The translations under genes and the position numbers were made by a program. DNA of 64,000 nt from Patescibacteria group bacterium. Its GTDB lineage: Bacteria > Patescibacteriota > Patescibacteriia > 2-12-FULL-57-11. The notes beneath the pieces are model-generated. The model was not told the origin of the DNA. It ran no database searches and was given only the letters and a program-made list of their open reading frames with translations. How positions within the stretch are numbered: position 1 is the first letter of the stretch; every line of letters begins with the position of its first letter. The stretch covers positions 786,893 to 850,892 of the forward strand of contig SCUL01000002.1 of assembly GCA_004297205.1 (NCBI GenBank). The letters run 5' to 3'. Of this stretch, positions 54,721 to 64,000 are shown in pieces.

Positions 54721-55332
54721 ATGGCAGACGCAAAACAGGTCATGGAGCTGCGGGCGCTGACCAACGCCGGCGTCATGGACGCCAAGACCGCGCTCGACGA
54801 AGCGGGCGGCGACGTCCAGAAAGCCGCCGAGCTGCTCCGCAAGAAAGGCATCGCCAAGGCCGACAAGAAGAGCGACCGCGCCACGGCCGAGGGCGTCATC
54901 CACGCGTACGTGCACGCCAACGGCAAAGTCGGCGCCATGGTCGAAGTGCTGTGCGAAACGGACTTCGTGGCGCGCAACGAACAGTTCCAACAGTTCGTGC
55001 ATGACCTGGCCATGCACGTCGTGGCGGCCAACCCGCTCTACGTCCGCGCCGAGGACGTCCCGGCGGAAGTCCTCGAAAAGGAGAAACAGGTTTTCATCGA
55101 GGAAGTCGCGGCCGCCGGCAAGCCGCCCGAGATCGTCGAGAAGATCGTCTCCGGCAAGATCGAGAAGTACCTGACCGACGTCTGCCTCATGAAGCAGCCG
55201 TTCGTGAAGGACGAAGACGTCACCGTCGAAGAGCTGACCAAGTCGGTGACGGCCAAGGTGGGGGAGAACATCAAAGTGAAGCGCTTCGTGCGCATGTCGC
55301 TCGAAGCGGAACAGAAGCCGGTCGAGGAATAA
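54721..55332 (+). CDS. tsf: elongation factor Ts (short form)
   Basis: MADAKQVMELRALTNAGVMDAKTALDEAGGDVQKAAELLRKKG (UBA-like N-terminus), ~203 aa. Confidence 0.9.
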   Translation: MADAKQVMELRALTNAGVMDAKTALDEAGGDVQKAAELLRKKGIAKADKKSDRATAEGVIHAYVHANGKVGAMVEVLCETDFVARNEQFQQFVHDLAMHVVAANPLYVRAEDVPAEVLEKEKQVFIEEVAAAGKPPEIVEKIVSGKIEKYLTDVCLMKQPFVKDEDVTVEELTKSVTAKVGENIKVKRFVRMSLEAEQKPVEE

Positions 55333-55339
55333 AGGAAAT

Positions 55340-55369
55340 GCCGCCTGCGGGCGGCGTTTTCTTTTGTTT
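55340..55369 (+). terminator. intrinsic terminator GCCGCC-tgcg-GGCGGC + GTTTTCTTTTGTTT after tsf
   Basis: 6-bp GC stem plus long T-rich tract. Confidence 0.65.
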
Positions 55370-55385
55370 GGTATACTTGCGGCGT

Positions 55386-55559
55386 ATGCCTCACTGGCTG
55401 ACACGGACGTTCGTCGCAGCGACGGCCGCGCTGTACCTGGCGATCTGGGTCGGCATCGCCGTGCAGAACGCCATGATCACCGGGATGCTGCGCGACGTCG
55501 ACCGCGTGGAAGAGCGGCTGATGCGCACGCACTTCCTCCTTTATCCCCTCGTGCCGTAA
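55386..55559 (+). CDS. hypothetical small single-TM protein
   Basis: 57 aa from ATG MPHWLTRTF...; high GC3; TATACT 8 nt upstream of the ATG. Confidence 0.35.
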   Translation: MPHWLTRTFVAATAALYLAIWVGIAVQNAMITGMLRDVDRVEERLMRTHFLLYPLVP

Positions 55560-55563
55560 CCGT

Positions 55564-55749
55564 ATGTCGAACCGCGCGTTGTCCTTGGCCGTCGTCGTGC
55601 TGATGATCCTCGGCATCCTGACCTCCGCCGTCGTCGTCATGCAGAACCAGCAGCTCCTCATCCTCGCCGACCGCGTCCAGGCGCTGTCCGACCAGGCCGA
55701 GCGGACCTTTGACATCGTCCAGAAGCGCGCTTTGGAGGAAAGATCCTGA
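55564..55749 (+). CDS. hypothetical small single-TM protein
   Basis: 61 aa MSNRALSLAVVVLMILGILTSAVVVMQ...; strong GC3 bias. Confidence 0.4.
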   Translation: MSNRALSLAVVVLMILGILTSAVVVMQNQQLLILADRVQALSDQAERTFDIVQKRALEERS

Positions 55750-55754
55750 CCCAT

Positions 55755-56786
55755 ATGCCCAAAAAGATCCGCATCGCCATCAACGGTTTCGGCCGCATCG
55801 GACGGACCGCCTTCAAAGCGGCGCTCAGCCGCCCGGACATCATGCGGAAGATCGAGGTCGTCGCCGTGAACGACCTGATGGAGCCGGCCACCCTGGCGCA
55901 CCTGCTGGCCTATGACTCCGTCTTCCGCCGCACCGCCGCCAAGATCCGGGCGACGAAGACGCACCTGATCGTGAACGGACAGAAGATCCTCGTGACCGCG
56001 GAGAAGGATCCGGCGACGCTGCCCTGGAAAAAGCTCGACGTCGACGTGGTGCTGGAATGCACCGGCCGTTTCACGTCGCGCGAACTCGCCTCCGGGCACG
56101 TCCGGGCGGGCGCGCGGCACGTCATCGTTTCGGCGCCTGCCAAGGAAACGCCCACCTATCTCATGGGCGTGAACGTCGACGCGCGTACTGCCAGGCAGAA
56201 GGTGCTCAACAACGCCTCCTGCACCACCAACTGCGTGGGACCCGTGACCGCAGTCATCGAGTCGCGCTTCGGCATCCGCAAAGCCGCCATGACGACGATC
56301 CACGCCGTGACCGCGGAACAGAATCTCGTGGACGGCCCGCCGCCCGGCGGCAAGAAAGGCGACCTGCGGCGCGCCCGCTCGGCCCTCGTCAACATGATTC
56401 CGACCACCACCGGGGCCGCCGTGGCGGCCACCGAAGCGCTGCCACGGCTCAAGGGGAAGTTCGACGGCATGGCCATCCGCGTGCCGGTCCTGGACGTTTC
56501 TTTGTCCGACTTCACCTTCCTCCTCAAAAAGAAGACGACCGTCGAGCAGGTCAACGCGGCCTTCGTGAAAGCCTCGCAACATTATCTGATGAAGGGCATC
56601 CTCGGCGTCTCGGACGTCCCGCTCGTCTCTTCCGACTACATCGGCTCCACCTATTCGGCGGTCGTGGACCTGCCGTACACCAAAGTGATCGACGGCGATC
56701 TGCTCAAGGTGCTGGCCTGGTACGACAATGAATGGGGCTACTCGCACCGCCTGATCGAAATGGCGGTACGGGTGGGGAAAAAATAA
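55755..56786 (+). CDS. gap: glyceraldehyde-3-phosphate dehydrogenase
   Basis: INGFGRIGR NAD motif and catalytic ASCTTNC. Confidence 0.9.
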   Translation: MPKKIRIAINGFGRIGRTAFKAALSRPDIMRKIEVVAVNDLMEPATLAHLLAYDSVFRRTAAKIRATKTHLIVNGQKILVTAEKDPATLPWKKLDVDVVLECTGRFTSRELASGHVRAGARHVIVSAPAKETPTYLMGVNVDARTARQKVLNNASCTTNCVGPVTAVIESRFGIRKAAMTTIHAVTAEQNLVDGPPPGGKKGDLRRARSALVNMIPTTTGAAVAATEALPRLKGKFDGMAIRVPVLDVSLSDFTFLLKKKTTVEQVNAAFVKASQHYLMKGILGVSDVPLVSSDYIGSTYSAVVDLPYTKVIDGDLLKVLAWYDNEWGYSHRLIEMAVRVGKK

Positions 56787-56847
56787 CACGCGTAGGGGCG
56801 GCATCCATGACGCCCCGTCAGGGCGCGATGAATCACGCCCCCACAGC

Positions 56848-58152
56848 ATGTCCATGCATAAACGTTTTCGTGTTCTGATTTTGGGCGCCGGATTCGGAGG
56901 CCTTGCCGCGGCGCGACGGCTCCGCGGAAGTCCGGATGTCGAGGTGACGCTCATCGACCGCAACGCGACGCACTCTTATTATCCGATGCTCTACGAGGTG
57001 GCGACCGGCTTCAGGCACGGCCGCGACATGGTCGGGGAGGCGGCGTTGTCCCGCGGTGCCTCGATTTCTTATGAGCGCATCCTGGCGCGCTGGGGCTGCG
57101 GGTTCGTGCAGGCTGCGGTGGCCGCGGTCGATCCGGGCAAGAAGGTCGTCCGCACCGACGACGGCGACGAGCATCCCTACGACCATCTCGTGGTTTCCTT
57201 CGGTTTCACATCGGATTTTTTCGGCATCGCCGGCCTCGAGGAGCGGGCCTTTACGCTGTCCTCACTCGAAGACGCGCTGGCCATCCGGCGGCGCGTCATG
57301 GACTACCTGGACCGCAAGAAGCGCGGTCAGGAAGTCTCCCTGCGCATATTGGTCGGCGGCGGCGGCGCCACGGGCGTCGAAACCGCGGCCGAGCTGGCCA
57401 ACTTTTTCCACGGGCGGCAGAAGGCCGGGGATCTGCATTCCGGCGACTGGAACATCCGGCTGGTGGAAGCGTCGCCGCGGTTGTTGTCCATGTTGCCGAC
57501 GGAGGCATCGGCGGCGGTGTTGAAACGGTTGGAGAAGCTCGGCGTCAAAGTCATGCTCGACACCTGCATCAAACGCGTCGAAGACCGCCACGTCGTCCTG
57601 GCGCCGCGGCCGCTCCGGCCCGGCGAATCGCTCGACGCCCTGGTCTGCGAATTCCGGGCCGAGGCGGAACGTTCCTTTGAAGCGGAGGTCATCTTGTGGT
57701 GCGGCGGCATTCGGGGGAGCGCTTCCACCGCCATGCTCGGTCTCGCCGTCGACCGCAAGGGACGCATCCCCGTCGATCCGACGATGGCCGCCCAGGCTCC
57801 GGACGTCTTTGCGGTCGGCGACTGCGCGGCGCTGACCGATCCGGAGAGCGGCAAACCCGTGCCGAACCTGGCGCAGTCGGCGATCGAGATGGGGGAGCTT
57901 GCCGGGGAGAACATCATTCGGCGCATCCACGGCCTGCCGTTGCGTTCCTTCCGCTTCCACGCCTATCCCACGGTCATCCCGCTCGGCGGAAAGAACGCGC
58001 TGGCGCATATCGGCACATGGACTGCGGCCGGCCTCGTCGGCTTCGCGGTGCGTCAGGCGGCATCGTTCGGGTATTGGCTGAAGATCCTGCCGTTCCACGT
58101 CGCCCTGCGCGACTTCGTCCGCAGCACCTTCTCCTACATGAGCAATGATTAG
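56848..58152 (+). CDS. ndh: type II NADH dehydrogenase (NDH-2; FAD-dependent pyridine nucleotide-disulfide oxidoreductase)
   Basis: Two Rossmann GxGxxG motifs (ILGAGFGGLAAA; LVGGGGATGVETAAEL), ~434 aa. Confidence 0.8.
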   Translation: MSMHKRFRVLILGAGFGGLAAARRLRGSPDVEVTLIDRNATHSYYPMLYEVATGFRHGRDMVGEAALSRGASISYERILARWGCGFVQAAVAAVDPGKKVVRTDDGDEHPYDHLVVSFGFTSDFFGIAGLEERAFTLSSLEDALAIRRRVMDYLDRKKRGQEVSLRILVGGGGATGVETAAELANFFHGRQKAGDLHSGDWNIRLVEASPRLLSMLPTEASAAVLKRLEKLGVKVMLDTCIKRVEDRHVVLAPRPLRPGESLDALVCEFRAEAERSFEAEVILWCGGIRGSASTAMLGLAVDRKGRIPVDPTMAAQAPDVFAVGDCAALTDPESGKPVPNLAQSAIEMGELAGENIIRRIHGLPLRSFRFHAYPTVIPLGGKNALAHIGTWTAAGLVGFAVRQAASFGYWLKILPFHVALRDFVRSTFSYMSND

Positions 58153-58170
58153 CGGGTGTATACTGCTGCC

Positions 58171-59343
58171 ATGAAGCTGAAGTCCTTGCGTACCGTGAAG
58201 ATCCGCAAAGGCATGCGCGTCCTGCTGCGCGCCGACTTCAACGTGGCGGTCGAGGGCGGCCGCATCCGCGACGACTGGCGGATGACGCGGACCATCCCGA
58301 CGATTGCGCGCCTGCTGCGCCAGGGCGCGCGGCTCGTGGTGCTCTCGCATCTTGGTCGGCCGGAGGGGAAGCGGGTGGCGTCCGCCTCGCTCGCGCCCGT
58401 GGCCCGGCATCTGAGCGAGTTGCTGCGCACGCCGGTGGCCTTCTCCCGCGATTGCGTCGGTCCCGCCGCCGCCCGCATCGTGGCCGCGCTCGGTCCGGGG
58501 CAGGTCGCGCTCCTGGAGAACCTGCGGTTCCATACGGAAGAGGAGAAGAACGGCGCAGCTTTCTCCAAGGCGCTCGCCGCGCACGGCGACCTCTTCGTGA
58601 ATGATGCCTTCTCCGCGTCGCATCGCGCCCACGCCTCGATCATCGGCATCCCGCGGCATCTGCCGTCCGTGGCCGGTCTGCTTTTGGAAGAGGAAGTCGA
58701 GCAACTTTCCGTCCTGCTCGGAAAACCGAAGCGCCCCTTCGTGGTGCTCATGGGCGGCGCCAAGATCGACACCAAAATCGGCGTCATGAAGGCGCTTCTC
58801 GCGCACTGCGACCGGATGTTCGTCGGCGGCGCGTTGTCCGTGACGTTGCTGGCCGCCACGGGGAAGCCGAGCGGAAAAACCAAACCGTCGCGCGCCGAGC
58901 TTGCCGTGGCCAAGCGCCTGGTGCGCAACCGCAAACTGCGTCTGCCGCTCGACGTCGTCGTGGCTTCCGGACCGAACGGGCAGCCGCACGTGCGCGCGGT
59001 GGATGAGATCGGCGCCCGGGAAACGGTCTACGACATCGGGCCGCAGACCATCCGCGCCTTCGCCGCAGGGATCCGCGCCGCAAAAACGGTCGTCTGGAAC
59101 GGACCGATGGGCTTGTTCGAGAAAAAACCGTTTTCGCACGGGACGCTGGCGCTCGGCCGCTTCGTCGCCGTCCGTTCCGGCGGCCGAGCCTACGGCGTGG
59201 TCGGCGGCGGCGAAACCATCGAGGCGCTCCACCGCACCAAGATGGCCGAGCACGTCGACTGGGTGTCGACCGGCGGGGGAGCGATGCTCGAGTTCCTGGA
59301 AAAGAAAACGCTCCCCGGCCTGAAGCCGCTCAGGAAAGCGTAA
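58171..59343 (+). CDS. pgk: phosphoglycerate kinase
   Basis: RADFNV, SHLGRP and GGGA motifs; start at ATG MKLKSL (the track GTG start is upstream); TATACT 6 nt before the ATG. Confidence 0.9.
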   Translation: MKLKSLRTVKIRKGMRVLLRADFNVAVEGGRIRDDWRMTRTIPTIARLLRQGARLVVLSHLGRPEGKRVASASLAPVARHLSELLRTPVAFSRDCVGPAAARIVAALGPGQVALLENLRFHTEEEKNGAAFSKALAAHGDLFVNDAFSASHRAHASIIGIPRHLPSVAGLLLEEEVEQLSVLLGKPKRPFVVLMGGAKIDTKIGVMKALLAHCDRMFVGGALSVTLLAATGKPSGKTKPSRAELAVAKRLVRNRKLRLPLDVVVASGPNGQPHVRAVDEIGARETVYDIGPQTIRAFAAGIRAAKTVVWNGPMGLFEKKPFSHGTLALGRFVAVRSGGRAYGVVGGGETIEALHRTKMAEHVDWVSTGGGAMLEFLEKKTLPGLKPLRKA

Positions 59344-59364
59344 TTCCCTCAACGAACACCGCGT

Positions 59365-59607
59365 ATGGAACAGCAACAGACGGCAGCCGAGAAACGGTCG
59401 CTCCGGCGCGAGATGGTCGAGCGCATGTCGGAGCTTTCCGCGACCGGGTTCGGGCTCGTTGCGGCGCTCGCCTGGAACGACGCCATCCAGCAACTGTTCA
59501 AAGAGCTTTTCGGCACCGCGTCAACGGTGGCTGCGAAATTCTTCTACGCCGTCGGCATCACCATCGTGGTCGTTCTTATTACGCGTTATCTCGTCATAAA
59601 AAAGTAA
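59365..59607 (+). CDS. hypothetical small protein with a C-terminal TM helix
   Basis: 80 aa; no recognisable motif. Confidence 0.4.
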   Translation: MEQQQTAAEKRSLRREMVERMSELSATGFGLVAALAWNDAIQQLFKELFGTASTVAAKFFYAVGITIVVVLITRYLVIKK

Positions 59608-59620
59608 CCCCAGGAGGATT

Positions 59621-60412
59621 ATGTTCTTCAAGAAAGGCGGCATGAAAAACGGTTCGTCGGAGTTCCACAGCTGGTGCGCCCCGCTCTATGTGCTGGCAGG
59701 TTTCCTCCTGCTGGCCTTGGTTTTCTTCGTGAGCGTGAAGACCAACCAGGCGTATGAAGAAACTAAGCGCATCGGCCGTGCGGACGTGCCGCAGCCGACC
59801 ATCGCCATCAACGGCGAGGGGAGGGTGACCGCGGTGCCGGACGTGGCCCGCATCTCGGTCGGTTTGATCACGGAAGGCCGCGACATCGCGACCATCCAGC
59901 GCCAGAACACGGAGAAGATGAACAACCTGATCGCCGCGGTGAAAACGCTCGGCGTCGCCGACAAGGACATCCAGACCACGAACTACAGCATCTATCCGAA
60001 GTACGACTACACGGACGGCCGCAGCATCCTCTCCGGCTACACCGTGAACCAGAACGCCACGGTCAAAGTGCGCGATCTGAGCAAGGTCGGCGCGATCTTC
60101 GCCAAGGTCGGTGAAATCGGCGCCAACCAGGTCAGCGGTCCGGACTTCACCATCGACGACCCCACGGCGCTGCGCGACCAGGCCCGGCTCGACGCCATCG
60201 CCGACGCGCAGATGAAGGCCGAAGCGCTGGCCCGTTCGCTCGGGGTGCGGCTCGGCCGCGTGGTCGGCTTCAGCGAATCCGGCAGCGGCGCGCCGGTTCC
60301 GTTCTACGATCTCGCCCGCGGCCTGGGCGGCGCCGAATCCGCTCCGCCGAAGATCGAAGCCGGCGAATTGGACATCACCTCGGACGTCTCGCTGGTCTTC
60401 GAAATTCTCTAA
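59621..60412 (+). CDS. SIMPL-domain (DUF541, BP26/OMP28-like) protein
   Basis: SD AGGAGGA before the ATG; N-terminal TM/signal anchor; SIMPL-like body (...ITEGRDIATIQRQNTEKMNNLIAAVKTLGVADKDIQTTNYSIYPKYDY...). Confidence 0.7.
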   Translation: MFFKKGGMKNGSSEFHSWCAPLYVLAGFLLLALVFFVSVKTNQAYEETKRIGRADVPQPTIAINGEGRVTAVPDVARISVGLITEGRDIATIQRQNTEKMNNLIAAVKTLGVADKDIQTTNYSIYPKYDYTDGRSILSGYTVNQNATVKVRDLSKVGAIFAKVGEIGANQVSGPDFTIDDPTALRDQARLDAIADAQMKAEALARSLGVRLGRVVGFSESGSGAPVPFYDLARGLGGAESAPPKIEAGELDITSDVSLVFEIL

Positions 60413-61675
<1,263 letters not shown>

Positions 61676-61684
61676 ACAACACAG

Positions 61685-61713
61685 CAAAAACCGCGGCTCC
61701 GGTCGCGGTTTTG
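61685..61713 (+). terminator. intrinsic terminator ACCGCG-gctccggt-CGCGGT + TTTTGG after eno
   Basis: Stem plus T-run, preceded by an A-run. Confidence 0.6.
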
Positions 61714-61756
61714 GCTTGTCCTGCCCCGCGCCGCTGTGCCACAATGCGCAGCGACT

Positions 61757-63340
61757 ATGGCTGAAGGAAACAGACCCCGTCCGGTTGTTCTGATGGTCCT
61801 CGATGGCTGGGGCGTTGCGCCGCCGTCTCCCGGCAACGCCCTCAAAGTGGCGTCGACGCCGGTCATGGACCATCTCATCAAGACGTACCCGGCCATGACG
61901 CTGCAGGCCTCCTCCAGCGAGGTCGGTCTTTCCTGGGGCGAGATGGGCAACTCCGAAGTCGGCCATCTGAACATCGGCGCCGGCCGCGTGTATTATCAGA
62001 CCCTGCCGCGCATCAACAAGGACATCGACGACGGTTCGTTTCAGAAGAACCCGGTGTTTCTGGCTGCCGCGGAACACGTCAAAAAAACCGGCGGCACGCT
62101 CCACCTCGTGGGCCTCACCTCCGCCGGCGGCGTGCACAGTTCGCTCGGTCATCTGCACGCTCTCCTCGAGTTCTGCGCCAAGCGGAAAGTGAATCCCGTG
62201 CTCCATGCCATCCTCGACGGCCGCGATACGACGTTCAACGCCGGCATCGACTTCGTGCGCCAGACGCTCGACAAGATGAAGCAACTCAAGATCGGCAAGA
62301 TCGCCTCGCTCAGCGGCCGTTTCTACGCCATGGACCGCGACAACCGCTGGGACCGCACCGAGAAGGCGTATCGCGCCATGGCCGAGGGCACGGCCGACGC
62401 CACGACCGACGATCCCATCAAAGCGATCGAGGCGTCGTACGCCGGCAAGGTCTACGACGAAGAATTCATTCCGACGGTCGTGACCTCGCGCGGCAAGCCG
62501 GTGACCACGTTCAAGGAGGGCGACGCCGTGCTGTTCTTCAACTTCCGTCCGGACCGCGCCCGCCAGCTGACGCAGGCCTACGTGCTGCCGTCGTTCGCCA
62601 AATTCGAACGTGTCTTTCCGAAGGACGCCTTCTTTGCAACCATGACGGAATACGAAAAAGACCTGCCGGTGCAGGTGGCCTACCCGCCCGACATCATCCG
62701 CAACCCGCTCGCCAAAGTCGTGTCCGATGCGGGACTCAAACAGTTGCACATCGCCGAGACGGAAAAGTACGCCCACGTCACGTTCTTCCTGAACGGAACG
62801 ATCGAAGAACCGTTTTCGGGCGAAGACCGCGTCATCATCCCGTCGCCGCGCGTTTCCTCCTACGACCAGAAGCCGGAGATGTCCGCGGCCGAGATCGCCG
62901 CGCGCGTCGTCAAGGAGATCGGTTCGGACACGTACGACATCATCATGTTGAATTTCGCCAATGCCGACATGGTCGGCCACACCGGCAACCTGGACGCGAC
63001 GAAAAAGGGCGCGGAGGCGGTCGACGCCGCGGTCGGCAAGATCGTCGAGGCGGCGCTCGCCAAGGACGGCGCCGTCTTCATCACCGCCGACCACGGCAAC
63101 GCGGAAGAAGTCGCGAATCTCCAGACCGGCGCGATCGACAAGGAGCATTCCACGAACCCGGTGCCGTTTCTCGTCGTCGGCCGCCAGTGGGAAGGGCAGA
63201 CCGGCGGCGTGGCCGAGGCGGTGGGCGGCGATCTGTCGCTGGTGCCGCCGGTGGGCATGCTGGCCGACGTGACGCCCACGATTTTGGCGGTGATGGGCAT
63301 TTCGCAGCCGGCTGACATGACGGGGAGGCCTTTGATCTGA
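61757..63340 (+). CDS. gpmI: 2,3-bisphosphoglycerate-independent phosphoglycerate mutase
   Basis: VVLMVLDGWG N-terminus, metal-binding and phosphoserine regions, ~527 aa. Confidence 0.9.
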   Translation: MAEGNRPRPVVLMVLDGWGVAPPSPGNALKVASTPVMDHLIKTYPAMTLQASSSEVGLSWGEMGNSEVGHLNIGAGRVYYQTLPRINKDIDDGSFQKNPVFLAAAEHVKKTGGTLHLVGLTSAGGVHSSLGHLHALLEFCAKRKVNPVLHAILDGRDTTFNAGIDFVRQTLDKMKQLKIGKIASLSGRFYAMDRDNRWDRTEKAYRAMAEGTADATTDDPIKAIEASYAGKVYDEEFIPTVVTSRGKPVTTFKEGDAVLFFNFRPDRARQLTQAYVLPSFAKFERVFPKDAFFATMTEYEKDLPVQVAYPPDIIRNPLAKVVSDAGLKQLHIAETEKYAHVTFFLNGTIEEPFSGEDRVIIPSPRVSSYDQKPEMSAAEIAARVVKEIGSDTYDIIMLNFANADMVGHTGNLDATKKGAEAVDAAVGKIVEAALAKDGAVFITADHGNAEEVANLQTGAIDKEHSTNPVPFLVVGRQWEGQTGGVAEAVGGDLSLVPPVGMLADVTPTILAVMGISQPADMTGRPLI

Positions 63341-63343
63341 GCT

Positions 63344-64000
63344 GTGCCCGAACTTCCTGAAGTCGAAACCGTGGCCCGCCAACTTGCGCGGGCCATTGTC
63401 GGAAAAACGGTGGCGCGCGTCGTCGTGTTCGCGCCGAAAAGCGTGCGCGGCCGCCCTCTTACGCCGCTCGTCGGCCGCGCCGTCACCGGCGTCGACCGTC
63501 GCGCCAAGCTCATCCGCATCGCCTGCGGGGAGTGGACGCTCCTGGTGCATCTCAAAATGACCGGTCGCCTGCTGCGCCTGCCCGCCGGCCATCCGACCGG
63601 TCCCTACACGCGCGCCGTCTTCACCTTCACGGACGGCACGCAGCTCTTTTTCGACGACATCCGCCGTTTCGGCTACCTGATGCTTTTACCGTCCGCGGAT
63701 GCCGAGGCGCATTTCGTCCGCGAAGGATACGGTCCGGAGCCGCTGGCTCCCGACTTCGATGCGAACGCGCTCGCGGCCTGTCTGGCGCGGCGGCCGCGGG
63801 CCCGCATCAAAGCCGCGCTGCTGGACCAGACCTGCATTGCCGGCATCGGCAACATTTATGCGGATGAAACGCTGTTCGCGGCCGGCATCCGACCGACGCG
63901 CCCGGCCGGACGCATCACCCGCGCCGAGCGTGCCGCCCTGTGGACAGCCATCCGCGACATCCTGACCCGATCCATCGCCGCGCGCGGTTCCTCGTCCGTG
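63344..64000 (+). CDS. mutM: formamidopyrimidine-DNA glycosylase (Fpg/MutM), 3' end cut by the window
   Basis: GTG start then PELPEVETVARQL (catalytic Pro2, Glu3), HLKMTGR; gene runs off the window end. Confidence 0.8.
   Translation, partial: MPELPEVETVARQLARAIVGKTVARVVVFAPKSVRGRPLTPLVGRAVTGVDRRAKLIRIACGEWTLLVHLKMTGRLLRLPAGHPTGPYTRAVFTFTDGTQLFFDDIRRFGYLMLLPSADAEAHFVREGYGPEPLAPDFDANALAACLARRPRARIKAALLDQTCIAGIGNIYADETLFAAGIRPTRPAGRITRAERAALWTAIRDILTRSIAARGSSSV

Overview
High-GC (~68%) bacterial window, densely packed with housekeeping genes on both strands. Compact spacing, many single-copy core genes interleaved with lineage-specific hypotheticals, a phage-like dNMP kinase and a ThrS without its TGS domain are compatible with a reduced genome such as a high-GC Patescibacteria/CPR member; this is inference only. 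No rRNA, tRNA, CRISPR array or transposase/integrase was recognised. Supported genes, in order: a Clp-family ATPase N-terminus (cut by the window edge), lemA, phosphomannomutase, an unusual fusion of a PP-loop domain with MurD, rseP, pheS/pheT separated by a small membrane-protein gene, dnaE, thrS, an island of large low-complexity hypothetical proteins between thrS and miaA, gatB, a deoxypyrimidine cluster (tmk, dut, T4-like dNMP kinase, dCMP deaminase), rplA/rplK/nusG/secE with a foreign gene inserted between rplK and rplA, gyrB, a second dNMP-kinase paralog, a CysK-fold protein lacking the PLP lysine, rodA/ftsW, rplY (Ctc form), a DUF3048 protein, prmC/prfA/rpmE, queA, a pyrB/pyrD/pyrC cluster, rpsB/tsf, gap, ndh, pgk, a SIMPL protein, eno, gpmI and mutM (3' truncated). 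Regulatory signals read directly from the sequence include several sigma70-like promoters (TTGACA-N17-TATxxT), many GC-rich stem-loop terminators often acting bidirectionally between convergent genes, a recurring TATACT hexamer just upstream of start codons, a 15-bp periodic repeat upstream of pheS, and a 26-28 nt palindromic element present twice. The most notable candidate is the fusion of a MurL-like PP-loop domain with MurD at 3226..5670. Many long ORFs in the six-frame track are antisense artefacts of the high GC content and were rejected. Hand-counted coordinates of short non-CDS elements may be off by a base or two against the track.
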